Shown here: piece by piece, positions 12,271 through 24,447 of the stretch
Position numbering within the stretch: position 1 is the stretch's first letter
Layout: each line of letters begins with the position of its first letter
NCBI RefSeq assembly: GCF_037042905.1
Contig: NC_087245.1
Coordinates: forward strand, 32,366,001 to 32,430,000
Length of the DNA stretch: 64,000 bases
DNA from: Lytechinus pictus
Taxonomy: Eukaryota
Reading direction: 5' to 3'
Made by a program: the position numbers and the translations under genes
The notes under the pieces: generated by a model
What the model was told of the DNA's origin: nothing
Seen by the model: only the letters and a program-made list of their open reading frames with translations
The model's database searches: none

Positions 12271-13004
12271 ATCATCACCTGATCTATTGACTATCCTTTT
12301 TTAAAGACCGCAACAATTATAAATTTTATTATAAAATATATATAGAATAAATAATTGCATGATATTATATATATCTCTACAATTAAAAATATTTTGTGAT
12401 ATAAATTTAATATTTGACGTAAAAATCGCTATTTAACAAAATATTTATTAAAAAGTAAAAAATAAAACAAAATAAAAACGCCTTGGACACAGTGCAAAAA
12501 ACCTAACGATTTGGCCGCGTTGTTAACAACTATCGTAAGGGGCGCTCTATTTATAAATAAAAAAGAATGTAGGCCTACAGCTGTCTACCGCGACGTGGTT
12601 TGTCGCAAGATTTGGGACAAATCCTTGGGAATTCTTGAGAAAATACATCAAAAGAACTGGTGAGTACCGATTAAACATTATCAAAGTAGTAAATAGGTTA
12701 TACATAACTTGTAGATATATATTTTAAATTGATATTGATGCTTAGTTCCAAGCTAGGGCGGCCCAAATGTGCGTGAGTGGAGTCCCAGTTTATTAACACG
12801 GGTAAGTATTGGGGTGTCGCCTAGAGTGGTACTAGGAGGTTGCTCCAGCCGGCACCGGGCGGTGGGGAAGACAGCCGTCTAACGTTAGCGGTGCAGCCAA
12901 GCCAGGCCCGGCCCCAGGCCAAGGGGAACACAAACCATGCAAAGCTCAGCTTTATTGGACATCATACAACGTTCGACATAAATATGTGACAGAAAGACCG
13001 GTAC

Positions 13005-13052
13005 CTGAAATTGTGTCAGTTTCTTCACTAGTTTCCTTGTTTCCTGCTCCAT
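13005..13052 (-). CDS. TUBGCP5: Gamma-tubulin complex component 5, coding exon 1 (MEQETRKLVKKLTQFQ)
   Basis: ATG at 13052, 16 codons, donor CAG|GTACCG in phase 0; resembles the recalled GCP5 N-terminus (ERDVRELVRGVAGLQ); promoter motifs lie immediately upstream. Confidence 0.8.
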
Positions 13053-13080
13053 GATTATAACAAGCTCAACAACTTCAAGT

Positions 13081-13160
13081 TCAGCTCAAATTTGATGCAG
13101 GCGCCATTTCCGAGCGTGTAGTGACGTCATTCTTCGATCTGTGGGGGAATTCCCTGACTG
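13081..13160 (-). promoter_or_regulatory. TUBGCP5 proximal promoter/5' leader: YY1-like AAATGGCG, CRE TGACGTCA (13122-13129), palindromic kappaB-like GGGAATTCCC (13145-13154)
   Basis: Exact motif matches within about 100 bp upstream of the inferred start codon. Confidence 0.5.
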
Positions 13161-13662
13161 TCTTCGGTTTGGATACAGGGGAACTTGGGAAGTGAAGAAT
13201 TTCAACTTCATGCCCGCTTATAGAACTATTCACTTTACTTCAATCAAGGAGATTTAAGACCTCTATGCTTCAATTCAATTCAATTTACTTTAAAGTTACC
13301 AGTCTATGAAATATATATGGAAATTTGTCCTTCACTGGCTTTTAGATTAAAAAAGAAGAAGAAATTTCCACGCGTTGACATTATATTTTTTGGCGGCCAA
13401 TCTTCACCTGTCCATTTGCTCTGGGGTTAAACTTCCCCTTCAAAGAAAACTTACGCTCTTATATAGACACGACATATGATGAGGCTAATTGCATAACGCA
13501 GAATCACCAAACAACCGAAAAAATGAGAGAAAAAAAGGAAAAATAGAAAAGATTAAAAAAAGAGAAGTGATAGAAAGAAGTGGAATCGGGGAAGAGAAAG
13601 GAAAAGAAAAAGCCGGGAAGGAAATGCAAAGATAAAGAGGAGTAAACTTAGTGGAGGGGGCG

Positions 13663-15046
13663 CAACCGCGTAGCCAGGATTTCATTTTGGAGGGGGCGGT
13701 AAATGCACGCGAAGCGGGCCAACACTTACAGAGCGCGCGAAGCGCGCTCCCTAGGGGGTGCTTTCGGTGTTTCTTAAATTAAAATGAAAAGGAGCCGTCT
13801 CTCCTGTCTCTAGTACCTATATCAGCTCCAATTCAGTTGACTATATTTTGATTTTGAACCTTGTTTTTAAAAGTGATTGTGAATGCACAAAAAGGGATAA
13901 AATGGAGGAAATTAAAATAATATTTACCCCGCACGAAGCGCGAAAGCTAAAGCGTTTTATCAATTTTTTTCTAAAGAAAAGGGTCCCGAGATAAGGGTAT
14001 TCCCTATATAATACTGAATGCTTCCCTTGGAAAGATCAGATTTGATTACAAACAATTTAGCGGCAGTGCAGATCTTTAACTCGCAAAACAAGAAGGGTAT
14101 TTTCCGGGCCAGGAAGATATTTCTCCCCGTGCAGAGCAATGAAACTCTGAAATTTCAAAGTGCGGACCTTTCATCAAATGCATATATCTCTACCCCATCG
14201 GCTCTCATTCAATTAATTTTCTAAGATTATTGAACTTCATTACAAGGAAAATAGTGCGCAAAAAGTTGAAACTTCTGTGATTTATTGAAATTATATAAAA
14301 AAGGATGATGTATAATTTCTTTGATTTATCCTGAAGCGCTTAATTTTGAATGATAAAGAAACTTAAGTGTCATTCAAAATTTCAAACTGAGGGCGCAAAA
14401 CAGGACAGGAAATGAATGTGCAGGGAAATTTTAATAGAATTTGATTTAAAAAATATTGTACTTTTTTATTTAATATGACACGAATTTTGTACCTTCCTCT
14501 TTTGAAATTAGGAACCTGTTTGCCCCCAAATTATGGTTGTTTAGTAATGTGCTGAAAAGCGGGAGAAGTGGCCTATATGGAGGTGACGGCAGAAATTGAT
14601 ATAAAGATTTTACCCGCCCGAAGTCGACCCGACCAGAAGTTGCGCGATCAATTTGAAAAAAAAAGATAACTTAAATATACTTCGGCCTAACCTTACTCTT
14701 ATTCCATGCCCTAATGTATACATTTAACTTTAACTGGCAAGAAACACATAGCTGAGGTCGAAAAACAGGGTTAGAGAAAAGGTTAGGGAAACAAAGGAGA
14801 ACTGCAATATTGTCATTTAACCGCGCGCAGCGCGGAAGCAAAATTCATATATATAAATTTTAAAATAGAGCACTGAAGAGTTTCTCTTTTGAGAAAAAAA
14901 TAAAGAATAAAAAGAAAAACACACAAAGCTACCTTTCTTCCCTTCGCTTTTCCTTTTCTCCTTTCTTTTTTCTCTTTTTTTTTTCTTTTTTGGGACTTTT
15001 TTTTTGGGGGGGCGACCGCCCCCACCGCCCACTGGCTACGCGCCTG
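13663..15046. mobile_element. hAT-like non-autonomous element
   Basis: TIRs caaccgcgtagccag / ctggctacgcgcctg; near-duplicated flanks agggggcg / aggggcgg. Confidence 0.55.
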
Positions 15047-15346
15047 AGGGGCGGGGGAGATCAAAAAAGGGAGAAATTGGGAAAAGAAGAAGAAACAGGA
15101 GAGAGAAAGACACTCCAAATAAAAGAAAATGAAAGAGAAGAAAAGCTGATAAATGAAAAATAAAAGATAACTAAAGAAAGATGTGACAGAGATTAATTTA
15201 TAGGATGAATAGAAGAAATAAAATAGCTTGTGAGGAGAGAAAGTAGAAAAGGAGAAGGAAGATCATAAGAAGTGGAGAAAATGGAGAGGAAATGGCTAGT
15301 ATTCCGAGTAACCTATATATCTAGTGTCATTAAAACAAAAGTATAT

Positions 15347-16234
15347 AAACTCCTCAAAAAAAGTTTGGAAATCTGACTTTGATCGATAATCCCTCCTCAG
15401 TTTTAGTAAATATCAATGTGTAATTAATATCAATGAATAGACCATTCAATTTTCTTTAAAATGATACCCTACATGATATGATTATGGTTCACATGCAACC
15501 TTGAAATGTGGGGCAAGGTCAAAATTCAAAAGTTGCAAAATGACACACTAAAGTCACTGTTCTTTTTTCCGTGGTGATGAGTGAGTTTCTCAGCGGTTTC
15601 TTTTAACTGTTTTCATGTACCTTATCATCAACATTAACATGGAATCAAACACACCTCTGCACAAGCAAACACATAACAAACAAACAAACAAACATGCATG
15701 GGTATTTCAAACCACGACTCAAACCATGTTATCTCACAGAACCATCACTACATACACCACAACAAAACATAAAAAATGAAGAAGCAGGGGCTTGATTTGA
15801 ATGGATTTTCATTTCTAGACACAAACAAGAATTTCTGCTCGTTTTGCAGCTTTTCAATTCAGACCTCATCCAACACTTTTGAATCCTGCTCTTTTCATGA
15901 TGGCATGATCATTACAAGCATGTTATCATTTTCAAGCGAATTAAATGATCTTTTAAATGATATCAAATATGCATTGTGTAAAATTGGGAGTTGGGAGAAA
16001 CTAAGATTTCCAAACTTTTTTTTGCTCGTTTTGCAGCTTTTCAATTCAGACCTCATCCAACACTTTTGAATCCTGCTCTTTTTGTGATGGCATGATCATA
16101 ACAAGCATGGTATCATTTTAAAGAAAATCAAATGATCTTTTGAATGATGTCAAATATGCATTTTGAAAAATTGGGAGTTTGGAGAAATTAATGGCCAAAC
16201 TCAGATTTCCAAACTTTTTTTGAGGGGTTTAGTG
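15347..16234. mobile_element. Tc1/mariner-like MITE with an internal duplication of about 190 bp
   Basis: TIR aaactcctcaaaaaaagtttggaaatctga / tcagatttccaaactttttttgaggggttt. Confidence 0.6.
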
Positions 16235-17303
16235 TATGGCTTGATCGCAACCCGGGTCGCAACCTACCCTCACTCTCTCGTCAAGATGGAATTGACGTCA
16301 CTTTTATGATTATAACCGTCCTGAATGGGCGGTGGGGCAGAGGATTATCCTTTAATTGTTCTATGGGGGGGGGGGGGTGGGGACATCTACTGTTGCGTCC
16401 CCGGCACAAACACATAAGATATTCCTCTGCTTCGCCGCCCATCATGCTCCCTCCGTTTTTATTTTCATAGTCTTCTCTATTTCATATTTACGTGACATCC
16501 TTGGCCAACTCAATTCAAGTTAATTTTATTGCTCATCACCGACACGTGTTTTGCTCGCTTTTAATCCTACTTTGGCACATGCATACACAAACATAGGAAT
16601 TCTCCATGGGCCTATACTGTACAAAGAATAAAAAAATGTATTTTTGAAGTATATAAAATAAAATGAAAGATAAATCAAAATATATCTAAAGATCCACAGC
16701 ACATTTTCAAGCTTCATTTTTCCAAACGGTGCCTAATATTCTGATTTTGTTATATCTTTAATCTCATGCGTTGTAAAGTTATTTATTTCAACTGTTCCCT
16801 ATTAATTCTGGCTCGATTATTTTAATCAAATATATGTTCCTCCTGGTTATGTTAAACATAAATTAGTTCCTTTTTTGTGCAACCTACCTGTTTTATACTA
16901 TTATGTTATTCCATTTTGTAACTCTATTGTATGTAATGATCTTTGTTCACCCAATCCGGTGTGGAAGGGAAGGCCTGTGGGCCATGGCCATTAAGTTGAC
17001 CTATTCCCTACCCAGGCTACCTGGTTGGTTGAGAAAAGGTCTAAAAAATATTTGTATTTTTGTACTGCATTGTACACGCTGTCTTGTTTTTGGTTAAGTG
17101 CCGAATAAAATAATAATAATATTTTGACATGGGAGCCAAGTCATAGGTGCGTACTAGTATCCTGGGTGGCATTAAAAATAAAGGTGATATATAGTTCTAG
17201 GCCTATACCCTATACGGCCTCCATGTTTTTTTATTTCCTGTATCTTTTATTCTTTCCTCTATCTTTATTCTCTCCATTTATGTCTTGTTCACCACCATGA
17301 TAC

Positions 17304-20300
17304 CGGTGTAAAAATGGCAGAGGTAAAAATGGCAAAGGTAAAAATGGCAGAGGTAAAAATGGCAAAGGTAAAAATGATAACACTTGAGTTGGTATTTCTT
17401 ATTTTTTCCTGGACTTACATGCACGACCTTCTCATGTCAAATCACTCTCACAGAACGGAGACCGTTGAAAGACCACTGAAAGACTTAAAATTTGTGATGT
17501 CTAAAGGCCCCCATTCCACAGAACGGAGACCGTTGAAAGACCACTGAAAGACTTACAATTGATGAGGTCTTACAGCGGTCTTCAAGATCACTGAAATTTG
17601 TCATCTCTGTGAAATGGCTCAGAAAGACCCCTCAAAGAACTCTGAAAGACTGATGGATATTTCTTGTCTTACTGGTCTTAGACAAGTCCTATAGAGATCT
17701 TTCAATGGTCTTTCAGAGATCTTTTATGCAACAAGTGATCTTTCAGAATTCTTTCCATGGACTTTGCCTGGTCTTTCAATGGTCTTTCAATAATCTCTCA
17801 TGAGTCTTACAGTGATCTCCGCAAAAATCTTGAGAGACTGCCGAAAGATCATTGAAAGACTATGAAGACCTTTGAAAGTTCATCGAAAGACTGCTGAAAG
17901 ACCGCTGAAAGACCACTGACAGACCATTTTCTTGTAATACCGTTGTAAGACTGTTTTGAACCGTTTCAAAAATTTTTGGAGCCCATGAAGACCACGAAGA
18001 CCGCTGAAAGATTGGTCAGGACTCGTGTAAGACCTCAAAGACCATTGTAGGTTCATTGAGAGACCTCTGTAAGATCGACCAAAATTCATGGTATTTGAAA
18101 GGTCTTTCAGCGGTCTTACAGCGGTCTTCAAGATCACTGAAATTTGTCATCTCTCTGGAATGGCTCAGAAAGACCCCTCAAAGAACTCTGAAAGACTCAT
18201 GGATATTTCTTGTCTTAGGCCCCCATTCCACAAAACGGAGACCGTTGAAAGACCACTGAAAGATTTACAATTGATGAGGTCTTACAGCGGTCTTCAAGAT
18301 CACTGAAATTTGTCATCTCTGTGGAATGGCTCAGAAAGACCCCTCAAAGAACTCTGAAAGACTGATGGATATTTCTTGTCTTACTGGTCTTAGAGTAGTC
18401 TTACAGAGATCTTTCAATGGTCTTTCAGAGATCTTTTATGCAACAAGTGATCTTTCAGAATTCTTTCCATGGACTTTGCCTGGTCTTTCAATGGTCTTTC
18501 AATGATCTTTCAATGATCTCTCAGGAGTCTTAACAGTGATCTCCGCAAAAATCTTGAGAGACTGCCGAAAGATCATTGAAAGACTATTAAGACCTTTGAA
18601 AGTTCATCGAAAGACTGCTGAAAGACCGCTGAAAGACCACTGAAAGACCATTTTCTTGTAAGACCGTTGTAAGACTGTTTTGAACCGTTTCAAAAAGTTT
18701 TGGAGCCCATGAAGACCACGAAGACCACTGAAAGATTGGTCAGGACTCGTGTAAGACCTCAAAGACCATTGTAGGTTCATTGAGGGACCTCTGTAAGATC
18801 GACTAAAATTCATGGTCTTTGAAAGGTCTTTCAGCGGTCTTGCTCTCTGTGGAATGGCCCCTTTACTGGGCTTAGACTAGTCCTTTAGAGATCTTTCAAT
18901 GGTCTTTCAGAGATCTTTTATACAACAAGTGATCTTTCAGAATTCTTTCCATGGACTTTGCCTGGTCTTCCAGTGATCTTTGAATGATCTTTCAATGATC
19001 TCTCATGAGTCTCACAGTGATCTCCGCAAAAATCTTGAGAGACTGTCGAAAGATCATTGAAAGACTATTAAGACCTTTGAAAGTTCATCGAAAGACCGCT
19101 GAAAGACTGCTGAAAGACCATTTTCCTGTAAGACCGTTGTAAGACTGTTTTGAACCGTATAAAAAAGTTTTGGAGCCCATGAAGACCACGAAGACCACTG
19201 AAAGATTGGTCAGGACTCGTGTAAGACCTCAAAGACCATTGTAGGTTCATTGAGAGACCTCTGAAAGATCAACCAAAATTCATGGTCTTTCAAAGGTCTT
19301 CCAGCGGTCTTGATCTCTGTGGAATGGGGGTTTAATTCATTACAGGGGAAATTCACACTGGCATAAAGTTTATTTAAATGATATTGGTGAGGGTTTTAGG
19401 GAATCCATCAAAGATTTAAAAAGCTACTAAAATTTTACATGTTAATGGGGACGTCATTTGCGAGCATTTTTCCCCATATATGGTGTAATAAAAACATATC
19501 AATGAAATTTCATTTTAAAAAAATGAAAATGGTTTCATTTGTACCTTAAGTATATTAACATACAAATAATTTCATATCCGCTCCTAAAAGTTTTTTTTAG
19601 CAATCATGAACCACTGATTACAAAATTTGAAAAGTAGGCATTTTGGTGCATAAAATACGGGGTAGTTACTAGTAGATGACTTCACAGATCAAAACTCAAA
19701 CTTCTAATAACTTTCTTAATCTTTGAAAGGTTTTCTGCAAACCTTCACCAATATATTTTGTCTGCTATTTTTACAGTAAACCATTCGTCAGGGTGGATTT
19801 ACCCTTAAAAACAGGTCGATAGAATGGTACCGAAGAAACGCCTATAGATTTAAATCCCTGATCCGCTACACATTTCAAAATTCACGCGGTAACCGTTACC
19901 ATAGAAACTAGTTAAGGAACCTGATATCCACTTGGACTAGCTGCAATGAAGTATTACTCTGAAAAAAATGAACACTAGTTGCTATTATCTGATTATTATA
20001 TCATTTACATTAAACTATATACGTATCATATCAATATCTATTCGGATCCAGTATGATGTTGAAATATGAAAAATTACTTTTATTACAGAACGTTTTGTTA
20101 TTTTTCTGATCCAAGTTATGCAAGCGGTTCAAAGAAATCCCGAACTCGTCTATGTCAGTGTGTTATTGGTAGCGCACATTGGTGTTTACATTACAATTCG
20201 TTTGGTATGTATGTGATGAAGTGCTGTTCTACTATACGAACTGGCCAAGATAAATCCTTTCATCACTCACTAATTGAAATCATTTTGGCATGAAAATGTT

Positions 20301-20664
20301 TGAGTTTAATCATATCAACGATAAAGTATAGACCTAAAATGATCCAAATAATATCTCATCAGTTCATAATACTCATTTTGTCGATAGGAGTCCATTCAAG
20401 GTCAATAATTATGACTGATATTAACTGGAAAGGCTATATATTTTCCTTGCTGATCTAGCATGTCATGATCTTTGCCTCTGTCATTTTTGCCTCTGCCATT
20501 ATTACCTCTGCCATTTTTACCTCTGCCATTTTTACCTCTGTAATTATCACCTCTGCCATTTTTACCTCTGCCATTTTTACCTCTGCCATTTTTACCTCTG
20601 CCAATTTTACCTTTGCCATTATTACCTCTGCCATTTTTACCTATGCAATTTTTACCCGGCACCG
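17304..20664. mobile_element. CGGTG..CACCG element with 15-bp (GGTAAAAATGGCAGA)n subterminal arrays (possibly Mutator-like), hosting nested MITEs
   Basis: Same asymmetric ends as the 50192-51841 element (left cggtgtaaaa; right reverse complement cggtgccrggtaaaa); no clear TSD. Confidence 0.5.
17445..19330. mobile_element. Three nested copies of a roughly 640-bp Harbinger-like MITE built from GAAAGAC subrepeats
   Basis: TIR (A)GGCCCCATTCCACAGA; complete inner copy at 18218-18862 flanked by TTA TSD; another copy starts at 17505. Confidence 0.8.
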
Positions 20665-21089
20665 AGGAGGGGGGGGGGGCGGGGTAACCACAACCATTCC
20701 TTGTAGAGCCATCCCTGATCATCAGTACCATAGCCAAAATGAATACTAATACTGCCTCGACACCATCATTGCTGTTGTTTATTATAGCTATTCTCATCAT
20801 CTCATGTCAGCATCAATCGTCAGTCATAAAATACCATCATCATCAACAGGGCGGATCCAGGAGTCTCCAAAAGGGGGCCATTTTTGTACCGGACATTTTT
20901 GACAGGCAAAATAAAAGAAGTTTTCACTTCAAAAATTTTCTTCCAGGATAAATTTAAGAAGAAAAGAAAATCACCTAAAAATATTTGTTGTGCCTCTCCA
21001 AGAGGGGGGGGGGGGGGGGGGAGGGGGATGGACTGAACGTGCCCCGACCTGGATCCGCCACTGATCACACCCCCAATTATGATCCTTGC

Positions 21090-21660
21090 CATCAATCTCC
21101 ATCATCACGTTCATCATCATCATGATCATCATTATCATCATCTTCAATCATCATCGTCATCACCATTATTATCAGCATAATCATAGTCATTGTCACCATC
21201 ATTACCAACATCACCAACAACTCATCATCTTTATAGGTTACCATGGTGGAGAGAATAATGGAAGTTTTTACAGTAAGCACCATGTATGTAGTCCTGAAAA
21301 TTACTTTGTTTTTCTTTCTTGATTGTATGTTAGCTCTGAAAAGTTCTTTTCAGAACTAACATACAATCAAGAAAGAAAAACAAACAGTCCTTTTCAGGAC
21401 TACATACATGTACATGGTGTTTACCGTAAAAACTTCCATTGGCATCATCATCTTCTTCATCATCATCGTCAATATCACAACTATCATTGTCACCACCACC
21501 ACCACCACCATCGTCATCATCATCATCATATAATCATCATCACCACCATCACCATCACCACCACCACCACCATCATCGTCATCATCATCATCATATAATC
21601 ATCATCACCACCACCACCACCACCACCACCACCACCACCATCATCTTCATCATCATCATC
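21090..21660. repeat. (CAT)n/(CAC)n microsatellite blocks
   Basis: Directly visible; source of the His-, Ile- and Thr-rich ORFs. Confidence 0.9.
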
Positions 21661-21861
21661 AGTCTCCAGCAACAAACAAATATCACTTCCTTCATTGTCA
21701 ATATTTTTTTTCTATGGATGCTTCTGAATGTAGATTAATGCCTTTGAATTTAGACCACTCAGCCACAGCACATCCACACACACACACCACTCTCACACAC
21801 ACACCCACCCACCCACACACAAAGATAAATCTTTTAAGAGTTTATCAATTTTCAATACAAC

Positions 21862-21867
21862 TTTATT
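21862..21867 (-). terminator. Candidate polyadenylation signal AATAAA of the adhesion GPCR (3' UTR about 2 kb)
   Basis: tttatt on the plus strand at the edge of a repeat-poor AT-rich stretch, followed on the minus strand by a GT-rich tract; other AATAAA hexamers occur further up the UTR. Confidence 0.4.
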
Positions 21868-23905
21868 TACACATATATTGCATATACTTTCATCATCTAT
21901 GTACACAGGCTTCACATAAATGAGCAAAATATTTTCACATAAAACAAAACTAATAATCAGGAAAATGGCAGGAGTTTGTAACTTACCTTTTAAAAATAAG
22001 AGAGTCGTGAATGTTCAGAAAAATAAGTTTTCCGTCAAATCACACCAGTTCTAAGGGTTAAAATTCTTAAAGTTTTGTTACTTATTAATCTTTATAGGCC
22101 TAGGCCTATCTTTCTTATGAGATATCTACACATTTCCTGCTTTCCAAAAAGATTACGTATCTATAATTACACAACTGTATATTATTAATACAAGTTGAGA
22201 CATTCATTAAACTGAAAATAAATGTGTGAAATGGATATTTAAGTAATAATACTAAGTTTACATTTCATGAAGCTTTAGAGTGATCATAAAACCTAAATTA
22301 TACAAGCAAATCTGATTCACACAACAAATACAAATAAATAGATGCATTTTAAAGCAAATAGCTATTTCATCGAAGCCAATATTTTGGCTACATTCTAGTA
22401 TTAAATACATTTATAGAGCGAAATAGAATCTGAAATTCATAATCTCTAGTCACTTTGATATTTTTATCAGTTTTACTGCATTTGGAAAATAATTTGTACA
22501 TATAGACAGAGAATCATACACTGTACAAAATAAACAGGGTTATATCATATTTTTACAAGTATTTTGAATGATATATAAATACATATTTTCAAAGTCAAAT
22601 CAGTTTAAATCTAAACATTTCCTCCAATATAGGAAGCATGAAACACTTGATAACATTACAGAGAGGATATTTATCACTTGTTGCAAAAAAATTGATAAAG
22701 ACAAGAACAAGACCTATATTTTACGTGGTCAGTCATGAAGTGTCCAATAACAGAATCATATAAAAAAATTAGTGCAATCACTTATTCATAGTCTGAATTT
22801 AAGAGGACAAACCTTTTTTTATATCATGCAGATTTGTAATTTTCACCTTTTTATGGTGACATGTACATAATAGTTCACGTTGATTGACTACCAATAAGAT
22901 TTAGATTGTTCTTCAAGTATACACATTTATTTTATACTATTTCAGAATGAATTATTTGTTTGTATTTGATTAATTGGTGGAAAATGAATAAAATAAAAAT
23001 AGAGATTTTTCAAAAAAATACTTTATCGTAAACTTCACCATCAATATCTCAGAGTTATTCATCAAAATTTGCATACTTTGTCAACTTTTCTCATTGAGAT
23101 TAGAATTCAACAAGTAATTTCGTTTGGTTTATTTCAAACTTACTAGCCACAGGGGGTCCGTAGTAAAAATGTCCCTGCCATTCGAACGTAAAATACCTCA
23201 AATCAAGTATCAAAATCACTTGTTTGTAGTACAAAGTGAAGCGTCTGGTTGCAGTGAGTTCAAATGATGAGAAGGTCTAAATGTCTGGCGAAGCAATAAA
23301 CGATCAACTGTCTTGTCGGTGATGATGATGATCCACAGCATTTTTATTGCGCCATATTTCTGTTAAAAACATTTATAGGTGCAACAAGAGGATTCTTGTT
23401 CTGCTGCCATAAAACTCGTCAATGATAGTGGATGGCTATTTCAATTTTCTAATCCATTAATAGGCAGGTAACTATTCTTCACCTCTAAGATTTGTATTTT
23501 TGTGTAAATAAGCCTTCAACGTGCTGCAGTACCATGAATACTATATTTTGTTATCAAAGTGCTCGGGTACAATATATGATTATGAAATCCTACATAGCGA
23601 GAATTACAGCAAGGATCTCATGAATCATGATGAAAACATGTATATTTCACTTCAAACATGACATTAGTTAAGTATTCATGAGGGCATTGATCACAGTTCT
23701 TTCTGCAAGTCAACATCATCTGGCGGAGGTTAACATGACGGAAATCCAAGCCGGACCAATAGATATGAAGGCTTGCAAGTATTTCAACATCATCTTACAC
23801 ATCCTGGTCAAATCAACAGTTTGGCCAAGTCTCTCTCTTCATAGCACACATTGAGGATGTGTTTCTTCAGTGGGTCAATTTCCTTCCATTCATGTATTTA
23901 TAAGT

Positions 23906-24195
23906 CTAATCGTGGAACTCACTGATGTGATCACTATTCGAGATCATCCTAACTTCATCAGTTGACGATGACGCCATTTTGCGAGTATATGCTCCAGCTG
24001 ATAGTGGCGCTGTTCGTAGCGGATTTCTTCCATGTTCATCGCTCTCGCCCGGTGAGCGGCTGGTCAGTGAGTAATTGGTCATCGTGCTTGGTCGGCCGGT
24101 CAGTGGAAGCATGCCGGTAATCCGACTGTAGTGCGGTTTTATTGATTTTCGGACATCATCCTGTCGCGCACAGAAGAGTATGAAGACCATGAGAC
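23906..24195 (-). CDS. Adhesion GPCR terminal coding exon: end of TM7, helix 8 and Ser/Thr-rich C-tail
   Basis: 290 bp, phase 1, GLMVFILFCARQDDVRK.. to TAG stop; acceptor ctcag. Confidence 0.92.
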
Positions 24196-24447
24196 CTGAG
24201 TATTGGAGACAAATATAAATGATACTCATGATTCTATCCTATTTCCAATTACGAGCTAACTTTGATGGTTGACAATGCTTTTTCCTCCCTGCTCATGCAT
24301 TTTGGTTCAAAATAACTAGAGCAATGTTGATCATGAAAGATCAAGGGCAATCATGGAAGATTGTCCTCGACTACCAGTTTTTGATTGCCTTTTTGAACGG
24401 CTGGGTGTTCATAAAGAGGTTTGTACAGATATAGGCACAACTCTATA

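Noticed and set aside
21086..21738. His-rich ORFs
   Set aside because: (CAT)n/(CAC)n microsatellites that are open in several frames
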